This document shows, piece after piece, positions 6,963 through 6,983 of a stretch of DNA of 6,983 nt. The first letter of the stretch is position 1. Each line of letters starts with the position of its first letter. The translations under genes were made by a program, and so were the position numbers. The stretch is from Octopus sinensis. Its lineage: Eukaryota. The stretch lies in the NCBI RefSeq assembly GCF_006345805.1, contig NW_021829130.1, positions 1-6,983 of the forward strand, given 5' to 3'. The notes under the pieces were generated by a model. The model ran no database searches. It worked only from the letters and a program-made list of their open reading frames with translations, and had not been told where the DNA came from.

Positions 6963-6983
6963 GTATGTAGGTAGGTCGGTAGG
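6798..6983 (+). repeat. (AGAT)n microsatellite at the 5' flank of the LINE, decaying to (AGGT)n at the window edge
   Basis: Starts immediately after GGTTGTC (6797) and runs to the end of the window. Confidence 0.96.

Overview
AT-rich, microsatellite-dense eukaryotic DNA with no intact host gene. The repeat types and the SINE resemble octopus/cephalopod DNA (from recall, not a database search). The left two-thirds is a mosaic of simple repeats and small elements: a 400-bp non-autonomous Helitron (445-844, -), a decayed tRNA-derived SINE (~904-1052, +), two inverted fragments of a Penelope-like repeat (one with a degenerate minimal hammerhead ribozyme fold), and a possible 40-nt micro-exon (2993-3032). 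The right third is the main feature: a 5'-truncated L1/Tx1-type non-LTR retrotransposon on the minus strand (4837-~6800; RT motifs, CCHC knuckle, 3' UTR). A second, 3'-end-only copy follows head-to-tail (4447-4828). Every junction of both copies is (AGAT)n/(ATCT)n and there is no poly(A) tail. The best hypothesis is a Tx1-like family that targets (GATA)n microsatellites. Nearly all long ORFs in the supplied track are artefacts of microsatellites or antisense frames of the LINE.
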